Part shown: positions 41,557-51,570 of the stretch, piece after piece
Position numbering within the stretch: position 1 is the first letter of the stretch
Layout: every line of letters begins with the position of its first letter
Assembly: GCA_963826115.1 (NCBI GenBank)
Contig: CAWGVS010000011.1
Coordinates: 174,820-238,819, forward strand
Source of the DNA: an uncultured Candidatus Rokubacteria bacterium
GTDB lineage: Bacteria; Methylomirabilota; Methylomirabilia; Rokubacteriales; DASRDR01
Direction: 5' to 3'
DNA length: 64,000 bases
The notes under the pieces: generated by a model
The model's database searches: none
What the model saw: the letters and a program-made list of their open reading frames with translations, nothing else
Told to the model about the DNA's origin: nothing
Program-made: the position numbers and the translations under genes

Positions 41557-41956
41557 CGGACCGTCCGCTCAGGGTGCTGATCGCGAAGCCCGGCCTCGAC
41601 GGGCACGATCGCGGCGCCAAGGTGGTCGCGCACGCGCTCCGGGACGCCGGAATCGAGGTCGTGTATTCGGGGCTGAAGCGGACCCCCGACGAGCTGGTGG
41701 CCGAGGCGTCCAGGAAGACGTGGACGTCATCGGCCTGTCGGTGCTCTCGGGGGCGCACCTCACGCTATCGGGGCGCCTCCTCGAGCGGCTTCGGGCGGCG
41801 GATGCCGGCGATGTCGCGGTCGTGGTCGGCGGCACGATCCCCGCCCGCGACGCCGCGGCGCTCCGCGAGATGGGGGTGCACGCCGTTTTCCCGATGGGGA
41901 CGCCGCTGCCCGAGATCGTGTCCTACTTCCGGTCGTTCCGCCGGGCGGACGGGTAG
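41553..41956 (+). CDS. Cobalamin-binding small subunit of acyl-CoA mutase; frameshift near 41708
   Basis: [11 protein letters not shown] (DxHxxG), [23 protein letters not shown]. Confidence 0.88.
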
Positions 41957-41970
41957 GGAGGGGCGGGTCG

Positions 41971-43597
41971 ATGGCCGAGCCGCGAGGGGAGAAGAAGCCA
42001 CGGGATGTGACGTACCTGGACGGGATCGAGGTGAAGCCCGTGTACGGCGCTGCCGACGTGGCGGGGCTCGACTACGGACGCGACCTCGGCGACCCCGGCG
42101 AGTACCCCTTCACCCGCGGGATCCATCCCCTCATGTACCGCTCGCGCGTGTGGACGATGCGGCAGTACATCGGCTTCGGGACGCCGGTGGAGACGAACGC
42201 CCGCTTCAAGTATCTGATGGCCCACGGGCAGGACGCCCTCAACGTCGCCTTCGACCTGCCGACGCAGCTCGGGCTCGATTCCGACGACCCGCGCGCCGAG
42301 GGCGAGGTGGGGCGGGTGGGGATGGCGGTCGACTCCCTGCTCGACATGGAGGAGGCCTTCGACGGCATCGCCGCCGACCGGGTCTCCATCTCGTTCACGA
42401 TCAACTCCATGGCCGCCTTCATCCAGGCGATGTTCCTGGTGGTGGCGGAGAAGCAGGGGGTCGCCTGGGACCGGGTCGTCACCACGCCCCAGAACGACAT
42501 CCTCAAGGAGTTCGTCGCCCGCGGGACGTGGGTGTACCCGGTGGAGTCCCTCGCTCCGCCTGGTCTGCGACATCGCCGAGTTCTGCGCGCGGCACGCGCC
42601 GAAGGTGAACCCCATCTCGGTCTGCGGGTACCACATCCGCGAGGCCGGGTGTACGCCCGCCCAGGAGATGGCCTACGGGCTCCTCATCGTCGCCGCGTAC
42701 GCCGACCTCCTGGTGAAGCGCGGCTTGTCGGTCGACGAGTTCGCGCCCCGCCTGTCGTTCAACTTCACGTGCTGGGGGCGGCTGTTCGAGGAGGTCGCGA
42801 AGTTCCGCGCCGGCCGCCGGATGTACGCGCGCATGATGAAGGAGCGCTTCGGCGCGCAGAATCCCCGGTCGATGATGTTCCGGTCGCTGATCGGCGGGGG
42901 AGGGTCCGGCTTCACGGTGCAGGAGCCCGAGAACAACATCGTGCGGGGCGCGTACTACAGCCTCGCGGCCGCGCTCTCGGGGTGTCAGACGAGCGCCCTT
43001 CCGACGTACGACGAGGCATACACGATCCCGTCTCCCAAGGCGCAGCTCATCGCGCTCCGCACGATGCAGATCTGCGCGGAGGAGACGGGCGTCGCCGACA
43101 CGGTCGATCCCCTGGCGGGCTCCTACTTCGTCGAGACGCTGACGGACGAGATGGAGGCGCGGATCCGGGCCGAGATGGAGCGGGTCGAGCGAATGGGCGG
43201 GATCATCGAAGGCGTCAAGTCGGGCGCCATCCAGGCGGAGGTCGCCCGCCAGGCCTACCGGTTCGAGCAGATGATGCTCTCCGGCGAGTACCCGAAGGTC
43301 GGGGTGAACCGCCACGTCGCGCCAGACGCCGGGCGCGACGCGTCGGACGCCATCGAGCTCTACGCGTTCGACGCCCGGGTGGCCGAGGCTCAGGTCGCCC
43401 GGCTGCAGCGTTTGCGCCGCGAGCGGGAGCAGGGCGCCGTGGATCGGGCGCTCGCGCGTCTCCGCGACGCCGCGCGCGGCCACGACAATCTCATGCCGCC
43501 GATCCTCGAGGCGGTGCGGGCCTACGCCACGCTCGGAGAGTTGGCCGGCGCCCTCCGCGACGTGTGGGGCGAGCACAAGGAACCGACCGCCTTCTGA
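41971..43597 (+). CDS. Methylmalonyl-CoA mutase family large (catalytic) subunit, divergent; frameshift near 42550
   Basis: [68 protein letters not shown]. Confidence 0.88.
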
Positions 43598-43605
43598 CGA
43601 GCGCC

Positions 43606-44334
43606 GTGGGGACCGCAGAGGCCGCCTGGCTCGGCTACAAGGCGCGGAGCTTCGAGCTGCTCGCCCTCGCCGAAGGAGACCACATCCTCGACGTCGGGTG
43701 CAGCACCGGGGAGGACGTCCGGGTCATTGCGGGCCGGGCGGCGGGCGTGTCCGCGACCGGCATCGACTCGAGCGAGGACAAGATCCGCGAGGCGCGCGCC
43801 CGGACCCTCGGCCTGCCGCGGCCCGTGGACTTCCGTGCGGGCGATGCCTACGCGATCCCCTTCGAGGACGAGACCTTCGACGCCTGCCGGGCCGACCGCG
43901 TGTTCCACCATCTGCTCGAACCCGCGAAGGCCCTCGCCGAGATGGTGCGGGTGACGAGATCCGGCGGGCGCGTGATGGTGTGCGATACGGACTACGACAG
44001 CCTGTTCGTGGAGGCGGCCGATCTCGACCTCACTCACCGGATACTCGCGCACCACGCGGGCCGGATGGAGTGCGGCCGGGTGGGGCGGAAGCTCCCGGGG
44101 CTATTCCTCGACGCGGGCCTGGGATCGATTGCCGTCACCCCCTACGCGGCGGTCGCGACCGCGTACGACGAGGAGGTGCTGAAGCTCCGCGACAAGGCAG
44201 ACCGCGCTGCCGCGAGCGGCGCGATCACGACAGTCGACGCTGCCCGGTGGGTGGAGAGCCTGATCGAGGCTGACGGATCCGGCCGGTTCGTCTGCGCCCA
44301 GATCGTTCTCACCGTGTGCGGGCGCAAGATGTGA
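43606..44334 (+). CDS. Class I SAM-dependent methyltransferase (UbiE-like)
   Basis: [33 protein letters not shown]. The start is uncertain. Confidence 0.85.
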   Translation: MGTAEAAWLGYKARSFELLALAEGDHILDVGCSTGEDVRVIAGRAAGVSATGIDSSEDKIREARARTLGLPRPVDFRAGDAYAIPFEDETFDACRADRVFHHLLEPAKALAEMVRVTRSGGRVMVCDTDYDSLFVEAADLDLTHRILAHHAGRMECGRVGRKLPGLFLDAGLGSIAVTPYAAVATAYDEEVLKLRDKADRAAASGAITTVDAARWVESLIEADGSGRFVCAQIVLTVCGRKM

Positions 44335-45110
44335 GCCCCTCGTCCTCCCCGGTCGCTTCGTCGCTTCCCGAGCGGCCGTACGCGACGCTCGCGCCCTACT
44401 TCGCCCAGCTCTTCGAGCCTCGGGGGATCCGCCGCTGGTTCGCCGCTGCTTCGGGACTGGTCATGGCGGCCGGGCTCCGGACCGGGCGCCACCTCGACGT
44501 CGGCGCGGGGACTTGCCGGTACAGCCGCTACTGGGCACGGGCCGGGTTCCGGTCGGTGTGCCTGGACATGCTCCACCAGATGCTCGTGAGGGCGCGGCTC
44601 GTCGGCACGGAGGGCCGCCTCGCCCGGGTGTGTGGAACCCTCGATTGCCTCCGCCCGGCACCGACGTTCGACCTGGTCACGGCGATCGACGACGTCGTCG
44701 CGTACGTCGGCGCGCAGGACGGCGGAGTCGACCGGTTCCTGGAGCAACTCCGTGACCACGTCCGGCCGGGCGGCCTCTTCCTCTTCGACTTCATCACGCC
44801 GGCCGGCCGCCAGCGCTACACGTTCCGCAACTCGCGCGTGCTGGCGGGGGCTCGCGTCGCAGCGGACAGCCGCGGGCAGTTCGACGAGGCGGCGCGGACC
44901 CTGTCGGTCGACCTCACGCTGGAGACGCCCCACCATGTCGCCCGCGAGCGCCACGTGATGCGGCTCCACACCGTGGAGGAGGTCGAGGGGGCGCTCCGGC
45001 GTCACGGCTTCGACGTGGTGGTCGTCACCGATCTCTACGACGGCGCCGGCGTCTCGTTCCGGGCCGATCAGCCCTCCTACGACGTGCTCGCGCGCCGGAG
45101 ACCGGGCTGA
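44331..45110 (+). CDS. Class I SAM-dependent methyltransferase
   Basis: [32 protein letters not shown]. Confidence 0.82.
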   Translation: MSPSSSPVASSLPERPYATLAPYFAQLFEPRGIRRWFAAASGLVMAAGLRTGRHLDVGAGTCRYSRYWARAGFRSVCLDMLHQMLVRARLVGTEGRLARVCGTLDCLRPAPTFDLVTAIDDVVAYVGAQDGGVDRFLEQLRDHVRPGGLFLFDFITPAGRQRYTFRNSRVLAGARVAADSRGQFDEAARTLSVDLTLETPHHVARERHVMRLHTVEEVEGALRRHGFDVVVVTDLYDGAGVSFRADQPSYDVLARRRPG

Positions 45111-46304
45111 TGTTGCTCGCCGGCGTCCGCGTGCTCGACCTCTCGCGCATGCTGGCCGGGCCTTATGGCTCGATGCTCCTGGCCGACCTCGGCGCGGAAG
45201 TCATCAAGATCGAAGATCCGCAGGGCGGGGACCCGATGCGCGGGATGGGGCCGCCCTTCCTCGGGCCGGATCGCCAGAGCGCGTACTTCCTCTCGATCAA
45301 CCGGAACAAGAAGAGCGTCGCTCTCGATCTCGAGACGCCGGAGGGGCGCGACGTCTTCCACGACCTCTGCCGCGTGTCCGACGTCGTGTGGGAGAACTTC
45401 CGCCCCGGGGTCATGGCCCGGCTCGGCTGCGCGCCGGAGACGCTGCGCCGGCTCAACCCCCGCCTCGTCGTCTGCTCGATCTCGGCCTTCGGCCAGGACG
45501 GGCCGTACCGCGAGTGGCCCGCCTTCGACCTCGCGCTCCAGGCCATGGGCGGCGCGATGAGCCTCACGGGTGAGGCTGGCCGGCCGCCGGCGCGGATGGG
45601 GCTCCCGATGGGCGACCTGGCGGGCGGGATGTTCGGCGCGCTCGCCGTGGCGAGCGCCCTGTTCCGCCGCGGGCAGACCGGCGAGGGCGCGCACTTCGAC
45701 CTCTCGCTCCTCGACTGCCAGGTCTCGCTCCTGACCTACGTCGCCCAGTACTTCTGGGCCGACGGGCGCGTGCCGGGCCGCGTCGGCTCGGGGCACGCCT
45801 CGGTCGTTCCCTATCAGGCGTTCGCCACCCGAGACGGCCACGTGGTGGTCGCGGTCTTCGCCGAGAAGTTCTGGACGGGCTTCTGTCGCGCCATCGAGCG
45901 GCTGGAGCTCGCGGCGGACGCGCGGTTCGACTCGAACCCGAAGCGGGTGGAGCGTCGCGGCGAGCTCCTGCCCATCCTCGAGGCGGTCTTCCCGACGCGG
46001 ACCACGGCCGAGTGGCTCGAGCGGCTCCAACGGGAAGGCGTGCCCGTGGCGCCCATCAACACGGTGGACCAGGTCGTCAGCGACCCGCAGGTGCGTCTCC
46101 GCGAGATGGTGGTGGACCTCGAGCACCCGTCGCTCGGGACGCTCAGGACCCTCGGGACGCCGGTGAAGGTGGACGGGGCGCCGCCGTTCCGCCCCGCCGC
46201 CCCGCCGCGCGCTGGGCGAGGACACCGACCCGGTGCTCCGGGAGCTCCTGGGGTATCCGGCCGATCGGATCGGCGGCCTGCGGCAGCGGCGGATCATCGC
46301 CTGA
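45110..46304 (+). CDS. CoA-transferase family III (CaiB/BaiF); frameshift near 46205
   Basis: VLDLSRMLAGPY, NRNKKS, ENFRPG, PAFD; the tail LGEDTDPVLRELLGY...RII is in another frame. Confidence 0.9.
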
Positions 46305-46350
46305 GTGGCCCAGTGCTAGACTGGCAGCGACCAGCGGCCGAGGAGGACGC

Positions 46351-47202
46351 CTGAGGCCTTCGTTCGCCTACCATCGCCCCGCCACACTCGAGGAGGCGTG
46401 CCGGCTGCTCGTCGCGGAGCCCCGCGCGGCGATCCTGGCGGGCGGCACCGATCTCATGGTGCACCTGCGGCAGCCGCAACGGGGGACGCGCCCGCCGGCG
46501 GTCATCAACGTCAAGCGCATCCCGGGGCTCGACCGGATCGAGGCCAGCGCGCGCGCGATCCGGCTGGGCTCGCTCACCACGCTCGCGGCGCTCATCGAAC
46601 ACCCGATCATCCAAGCGGAGTATCCCGTGCTGCCGTTCACGGCGCGCTACATGGGATCGCCCGCGATCCGGCACCTCGCCACCGTCGGCGGGAACCTCTG
46701 CAACGCCTCTCCCGCCGCTGACCTTTCGCCGGTGCTGCTCGTTCTCGACGCCGAGGTCGGGATCGTCGGCCCGGCCGGGCCGCGCCGGCTCTCGCTCGAG
46801 AGGTTCTTCCGGGGACCCGGACAGACGGCGCTCGCAGAAGCCGAGCTCCTCGCGTGGGTGGAGTTTCCGCGGAAGCACGCGGGATGGACGGTGCGCTACG
46901 AGCGGCTGGACGTCCGCCGCGCGATGGACATCGCGATCGCCGGAGCTGCCCTCGCGCTCCGGCTCGACGGCGGCAGCGTCGCTGAGGCGCGCCTGGCGCT
47001 CGGTGCGGTGGCGCCGACGCCGCGCCGTGTGCCGGCGGCGGAGGCCGCGCTCGTGGAGGGCGGCCTCGAACCGGCCGCCATCGAGCGGGTGGCCGAGCTG
47101 GCGATGGCCGCGGCGCGGCCGATCGACGACGTCCGCGCGACCGCGGAGTATCGCAGGGAGATGGTCGGCGTCCTCGTCCGGCGGGCGCTCGCCGGTGGGT
47201 GA
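46351..47202 (+). CDS. Xanthine dehydrogenase family FAD-binding subunit
   Basis: GAGGAGG then CTG start; YHRPATLEEA, AGGTDL, ATVGGNLCNASPAAD, PIDDVRATAEYR. Confidence 0.88.
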   Translation: MRPSFAYHRPATLEEACRLLVAEPRAAILAGGTDLMVHLRQPQRGTRPPAVINVKRIPGLDRIEASARAIRLGSLTTLAALIEHPIIQAEYPVLPFTARYMGSPAIRHLATVGGNLCNASPAADLSPVLLVLDAEVGIVGPAGPRRLSLERFFRGPGQTALAEAELLAWVEFPRKHAGWTVRYERLDVRRAMDIAIAGAALALRLDGGSVAEARLALGAVAPTPRRVPAAEAALVEGGLEPAAIERVAELAMAAARPIDDVRATAEYRREMVGVLVRRALAGG

Positions 47203-47731
47203 TCGGGCGGTGGCGGATCAGTATCGGCTCGAGCTGACGGTCAATGGGCGCCGGGCGCGCCGCGAGGTTCCGGGCTCCCGGACGCTCCTCGAGCTCCTTC
47301 GGAATGACTTGCGTCTCACCGGAACGAACCTCGCGTGCGACACGGGCGACTGCGGCGCCTGCACGGTCCTGATCGACGGCCGCCCCGCCGTCTCATGCCT
47401 CGTCCTGGCGCTCGACGTCGACGGCGCCGAGGTGACGACCATCGAGGGGCTGGCCGCGCGCTGGCACGCGTGCTCGGACGCCCGGCCTCCGACCCTCCAC
47501 CCGGTCCAGCAGGGATTCTTGGAGGAGGGCGGCGCCCAGTGCGGCTTCTGCACGGCGGGGATGGTCATGGCTGCCGCGGGGCTCCTCGAGGCGACGCCCG
47601 AGCCCAACGAGGCCGAGATCCGCGCCGGCCTCGAGGGGAATCTCTGTCGGTGTACCGGCTACGTCAAGATCATCCGAGCCGTCCAGGTCGCCGCGGAGCA
47701 CATGCGCGCGGCGCGGGGGGCCGAGGCGTGA
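47195..47731 (+). CDS. Xanthine dehydrogenase family 2x[2Fe-2S] subunit
   Basis: CDTGDCGACTV...SC, QCGFCT, NLCRCTGY. Confidence 0.92.
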   Translation: MGDRAVADQYRLELTVNGRRARREVPGSRTLLELLRNDLRLTGTNLACDTGDCGACTVLIDGRPAVSCLVLALDVDGAEVTTIEGLAARWHACSDARPPTLHPVQQGFLEEGGAQCGFCTAGMVMAAAGLLEATPEPNEAEIRAGLEGNLCRCTGYVKIIRAVQVAAEHMRAARGAEA

Positions 47732-50082
47732 GCGGAGGCCCGGGCCGTTCGGCACGTGGGGCCGCCGGCTCGGCCAGCGCGCCGGCGGACGCTTCGCCGA
47801 GCGCGCGGCCGGCCCGGCCGTTCCGTGTCATCGGCACGCGCGTCGGCAAGCTGGATGCGGCCGAAAAGGTCACGGGCGCGGTCCAGTACCTCCCCGACCT
47901 CGAGATCCCGGGGATGGTCTGGGGCAAGATCCTGCGGACGCGCGTGCCGCACGCCCGCATCACGCGGATCGACACGGCCCGGGCCGAAGCGCTGCCTGGC
48001 GTCCTGGGCGTGGTCACGGGCCGGAATGTCGAGCAGCACCCCTTCGGGTTCGCGAAGGACCACCTGGCCCTGAAGGGAGACGTGGTCCGCTGCATCCGCG
48101 ACGAGGTGGCGGCGGTGGCGGCGGAGACCGAGGAGGTCGCGGCGGAGGCGTGCCGGCTGATCGACGTGGAATACGAGGAGCTGCCGGCGGTCTTCGACCC
48201 GGAGGCGGCGCTCCGCCCGGCGGCGCCGCGAATTCACGCGAAGTTCCCGGGTAACCTGGTCAACTTCGCGTACAAGTTCACGGCCGGCGATGTCGACCGC
48301 GCCTTCCGTGAGGCGGCGATCGTGGTCGAGGGGACGTACCGGCTCAACTACGTCACCACCGCCTGCATCGGGACGATGGCGGCGATCGCCCAGTGGGACC
48401 CGCGCGGAAACCTCACGATGTGGTCGACGACCCAGATCCCGTTCCTCTTCCAGAAGGACCTCGCGGAGGCGCTCGGGATTTCCGGAGACCGCATCCGGGT
48501 CATCCAGCCGCCGGTCGGCGGGAACTTCGGCCGGGGTCTCGATCTCTACCCGATCGACATCATCGCGGCGCTCCTGGCCCGGCACGTCAGCCGGCCGGTG
48601 AAGATCGTGTTCGACCGGGAGGAGGAGTTCGTCGCGAGTCCGACCCGCGAGCCGTGCGTCTTCACGCTGCGCACGGCGGCGCGCGCGGACGGGACCCTCA
48701 TCGGACGCGACGCGCGGGTCCTGATCGACAACGGCGCCTACGTGTCCTGGGGGTCGACGACCCCGTACGTCATGATGACGACGCTCGCCGGCTTCTACCG
48801 CTGCCCGAACGTCCGTTTCGACACGGCGATCGTCTACACGAACAACGTCTACTCGGGCTCGATGCGGGGCTACGGCAACCTCGAATCGACCTTCGCCGTC
48901 GAGGCGCAGATGGACGACCTCGCCGAGCGGCTCGGCCTGGATCGCCTCGAGATCCGGCGCCGGAACGCGAACCGTCCCGGGGACGTGACGCCGCAAGGGC
49001 TCCGGATCACGAGCTGCGCGCTCGCGGAGTGCTTCGACGCGGTCGCACGCGACATCGCGCGGCCCGTCGACCGGCCGCTTCGGCCCGGCTGGACGCGGGG
49101 GATCGGCTACGCCGGCATGTTCCACGTCGGAGGCGGCGCGCGCGTGTACCGCTCCGACGGCTGCGGGGCGATCGTCAAGCTCGACGACTTCGGGAAGGTG
49201 ACGCTGATCACCGGCGCCAGCGAGATCGGCCAGGGGTCGGAGACAGTCCTCGCGATGATCGTCGCCGAGGAGCTGGGGATCCCGCTCGGGCGGGTTGACG
49301 TCGTGAACAACGACACGGCCGTCAAGCCGTGGGACGTCGGCGTCCACGCGAGCCGGACCACGTTCATCGCGGGAAACGCCGCTCTCCTCGCGGCGCGGGA
49401 CGTGAAGCGGCAGCTCCTCGCGCTCGGCGCCTCGCAGCTCGACGAGCCCGCCGAGGCGCTCGACGTCGAGGACGGGTACGTGTACGTTACGGCGGCGCCC
49501 CAGCGCCGGATGGGGTACGAGCGGGTCGTCCGGGCGGGGCACTTCCGCGAGGGCGGCCGGATCCTCATGGGGCAGGCGTTCTACGACCCGCCGACCCAGA
49601 TGCTGGACAAGGACTTCCGGGGCAACGTGTCCGTGACGTACGGCTTCGCCGCGCAGGCGGCGCTGGTCGAGGTGGAGACGGCGACGGGCAAGATCGAGGT
49701 CATCCGGGTCGCCTCGGCGCACGATGTCGGGCGGGCGCTCAACCCGGTCGGCTGCGAGGGCCAGATCGAGGGCGGCATCCACATGGGGCTCGGCTACTGC
49801 CTGACCGAGGAGCTCCGGCTCCGGGACGGGCGCGTGCTGAACCCCGGATTCCTCGACTACAAGCTCCTCACGGCCCCCGACATGCCCGAGATTCTGATCA
49901 CGCTGATCGAGACGGTGGACGAGGCCGGGCCCTTCGGGGCGAAGGGGGTCGGCGAGGCGGGAACGATTCCCATCTCCGCCGCGGTCGCGAACGCGGTGAA
50001 GGACGCGACCGGGGTGCGGATGACGGAGCTCCCGATGACCCCGGAGCGCGTGTACCGCGCCCTCCGGCAACGGAGCGGCTGA
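47728..50082 (+). CDS. Xanthine dehydrogenase family molybdopterin-binding subunit
   Basis: EKVTG, GGNFG, MRGYG, EIGQG, ASRTT, GQIEGG, GAKGVGEAG. Confidence 0.93.
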   Translation: MSGGPGRSARGAAGSASAPADASPSARPARPFRVIGTRVGKLDAAEKVTGAVQYLPDLEIPGMVWGKILRTRVPHARITRIDTARAEALPGVLGVVTGRNVEQHPFGFAKDHLALKGDVVRCIRDEVAAVAAETEEVAAEACRLIDVEYEELPAVFDPEAALRPAAPRIHAKFPGNLVNFAYKFTAGDVDRAFREAAIVVEGTYRLNYVTTACIGTMAAIAQWDPRGNLTMWSTTQIPFLFQKDLAEALGISGDRIRVIQPPVGGNFGRGLDLYPIDIIAALLARHVSRPVKIVFDREEEFVASPTREPCVFTLRTAARADGTLIGRDARVLIDNGAYVSWGSTTPYVMMTTLAGFYRCPNVRFDTAIVYTNNVYSGSMRGYGNLESTFAVEAQMDDLAERLGLDRLEIRRRNANRPGDVTPQGLRITSCALAECFDAVARDIARPVDRPLRPGWTRGIGYAGMFHVGGGARVYRSDGCGAIVKLDDFGKVTLITGASEIGQGSETVLAMIVAEELGIPLGRVDVVNNDTAVKPWDVGVHASRTTFIAGNAALLAARDVKRQLLALGASQLDEPAEALDVEDGYVYVTAAPQRRMGYERVVRAGHFREGGRILMGQAFYDPPTQMLDKDFRGNVSVTYGFAAQAALVEVETATGKIEVIRVASAHDVGRALNPVGCEGQIEGGIHMGLGYCLTEELRLRDGRVLNPGFLDYKLLTAPDMPEILITLIETVDEAGPFGAKGVGEAGTIPISAAVANAVKDATGVRMTELPMTPERVYRALRQRSG

Positions 50083-50138
50083 GCCGTGCCCTTCCGGCGG
50101 GCCGGGCCGGCGGGCTCCGCCCAAGAGCCAGGATCGCC

Positions 50139-51338
50139 GTGAGGGGCATCGGACTCGGGGAGCGTGTCGGGCGGGCCGACCCATCGCCCCCGAGCCTGAC
50201 CCCGTCCTCCAGGCCGGCATCGGAATTCGCGCTAGTCTCCAGTCGTGGTGCGCGCGACGCGTCCCTCGACGGGCTCCGGGGAATCGCCGCGCTCTGGGTC
50301 TTCGTGACGCACGCGGCGTACGCCGGCTTGCTGCCGCCCCTTCTCAACTTCAACGGCTCGGGGCGTGGAGGCGTGGTCCTCTTCTTCTTCCTCAGCGCCT
50401 TCCTGATCAGCGGCCCCTTCTTTCGGCAGCTCGAGAGGGCGCTCTCGTGGCGGGAGTGGGCGGCCTACGGGATCAGAAGGGTCTGCCGGATCGTTCCTCT
50501 CTACTACGGCGTCGTTCTTCTCGTCTTCGTCCTGGGCTTCTATCCCTTCGGCGAGACGACGCCGCTCTCCGTCCTGTTCCAGCACCTGGACTTTCAAGTG
50601 GGCCTGGGGGTGTTCTGGACGATCGTCGTGGAGATGCGATTCTACGTCGCTCTCCCGATTCTCCTGGTGCTGATTGCGCTCACGATCGGTCGGATCGGGA
50701 GGGGGCGGCTGCTCGTCTTTCTCGTGGGCTCTCTGTGGATGGCCGGCGCGGCGCTGGGGATGCTCGGGTCGGGCGTCTTGCTGAGGCTCGGGATCGGCGG
50801 CCACGCGCCGATCTTCGTCGCCGGAGTGTTCGCCGCGCTCGCCGTGGACGAGCTCCGCACCCGTCGACTAGGCCGCGGGGCCGGGATCGGGTTCGAATGT
50901 CTCGCGTGGCTGTCCGCGATCGCCTTCGCCTGCGTGTCCCTGCCGTCGGTCTACCATGCGATCACGACGGGGGCCTCGATCGCCTCTTACTCGGCGGACA
51001 CTCCCGCCTACGAGGCCTTCTGGAAGGCCCGGATCCCATGGATCGGCCTGGTCCTCGGCTGTCTCTTCGTTTCTCTGTCGTGTGGAACCGGCCTTCTGCG
51101 GTGGGTGCTCTCCTGGCGCCCTCTGGTGTGGGCCGGCCGCATCAGCTTCGGCATCTACCTGATCCATCTGAACGTGCTTCGCGGATTCGCCCGAACCGAC
51201 CTTTCCCCGTTCGTTCAGCTCCTGCTCGCCGCGCTCACGACCCTTGCGCTGGCCGAGCTTCTGCATCGGCTGATCGAGGCTCCGGGGATCGCGGCGGGAA
51301 GACGGGGCACCTCCAGGCTGCTTGAACGGCGCGCGTAG
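50139..51338 (+). CDS. Acyltransferase-3 family (OafA-like) membrane O-acyltransferase
   Basis: LDGLRGIAAL, FFFLSAFLI, RRVCRI, FWTIVVEMRFY, GRISFGIYLIH, IEAP. The start is uncertain. Confidence 0.85.
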   Translation: MRGIGLGERVGRADPSPPSLTPSSRPASEFALVSSRGARDASLDGLRGIAALWVFVTHAAYAGLLPPLLNFNGSGRGGVVLFFFLSAFLISGPFFRQLERALSWREWAAYGIRRVCRIVPLYYGVVLLVFVLGFYPFGETTPLSVLFQHLDFQVGLGVFWTIVVEMRFYVALPILLVLIALTIGRIGRGRLLVFLVGSLWMAGAALGMLGSGVLLRLGIGGHAPIFVAGVFAALAVDELRTRRLGRGAGIGFECLAWLSAIAFACVSLPSVYHAITTGASIASYSADTPAYEAFWKARIPWIGLVLGCLFVSLSCGTGLLRWVLSWRPLVWAGRISFGIYLIHLNVLRGFARTDLSPFVQLLLAALTTLALAELLHRLIEAPGIAAGRRGTSRLLERRA

Positions 51339-51570
51339 CTCGGGTCCCCGGTGACGGTCCGACGGCTCCTTGCTCAGCCACGGCGTCGGCCTGCGGCGTC
51401 GAAGCGCCTGCTTGTCGCGGCGCCATCCGTTCTTGGCCGCCGCGCGCCGCGCTCGCGGGGGCCGGGACCGATCGGATAGACTGGTTCCCACGACCGCCGG
51501 ATCGGCGGCAAAGCCGATCGTGACCAGCGCCGTCAGATACGGGGCGGAGGACCCCGGGAGGAGACCAACC

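Noticed and set aside
41971-44334. 787-aa mutase-methyltransferase fusion in the ORF track
   Set aside because: Artefact of the frameshift at ~42550; the true mutase C-terminus is in ORF 42605-43597 with its own stop.
46351-50082. 4-hydroxybenzoyl-CoA reductase or aerobic CO dehydrogenase
   Set aside because: The FAD subunit has no Cys-rich [4Fe-4S] insertion, and the large subunit lacks the AYxCSFR loop and keeps the GEAG glutamate, so it is a generic Mo-hydroxylase.
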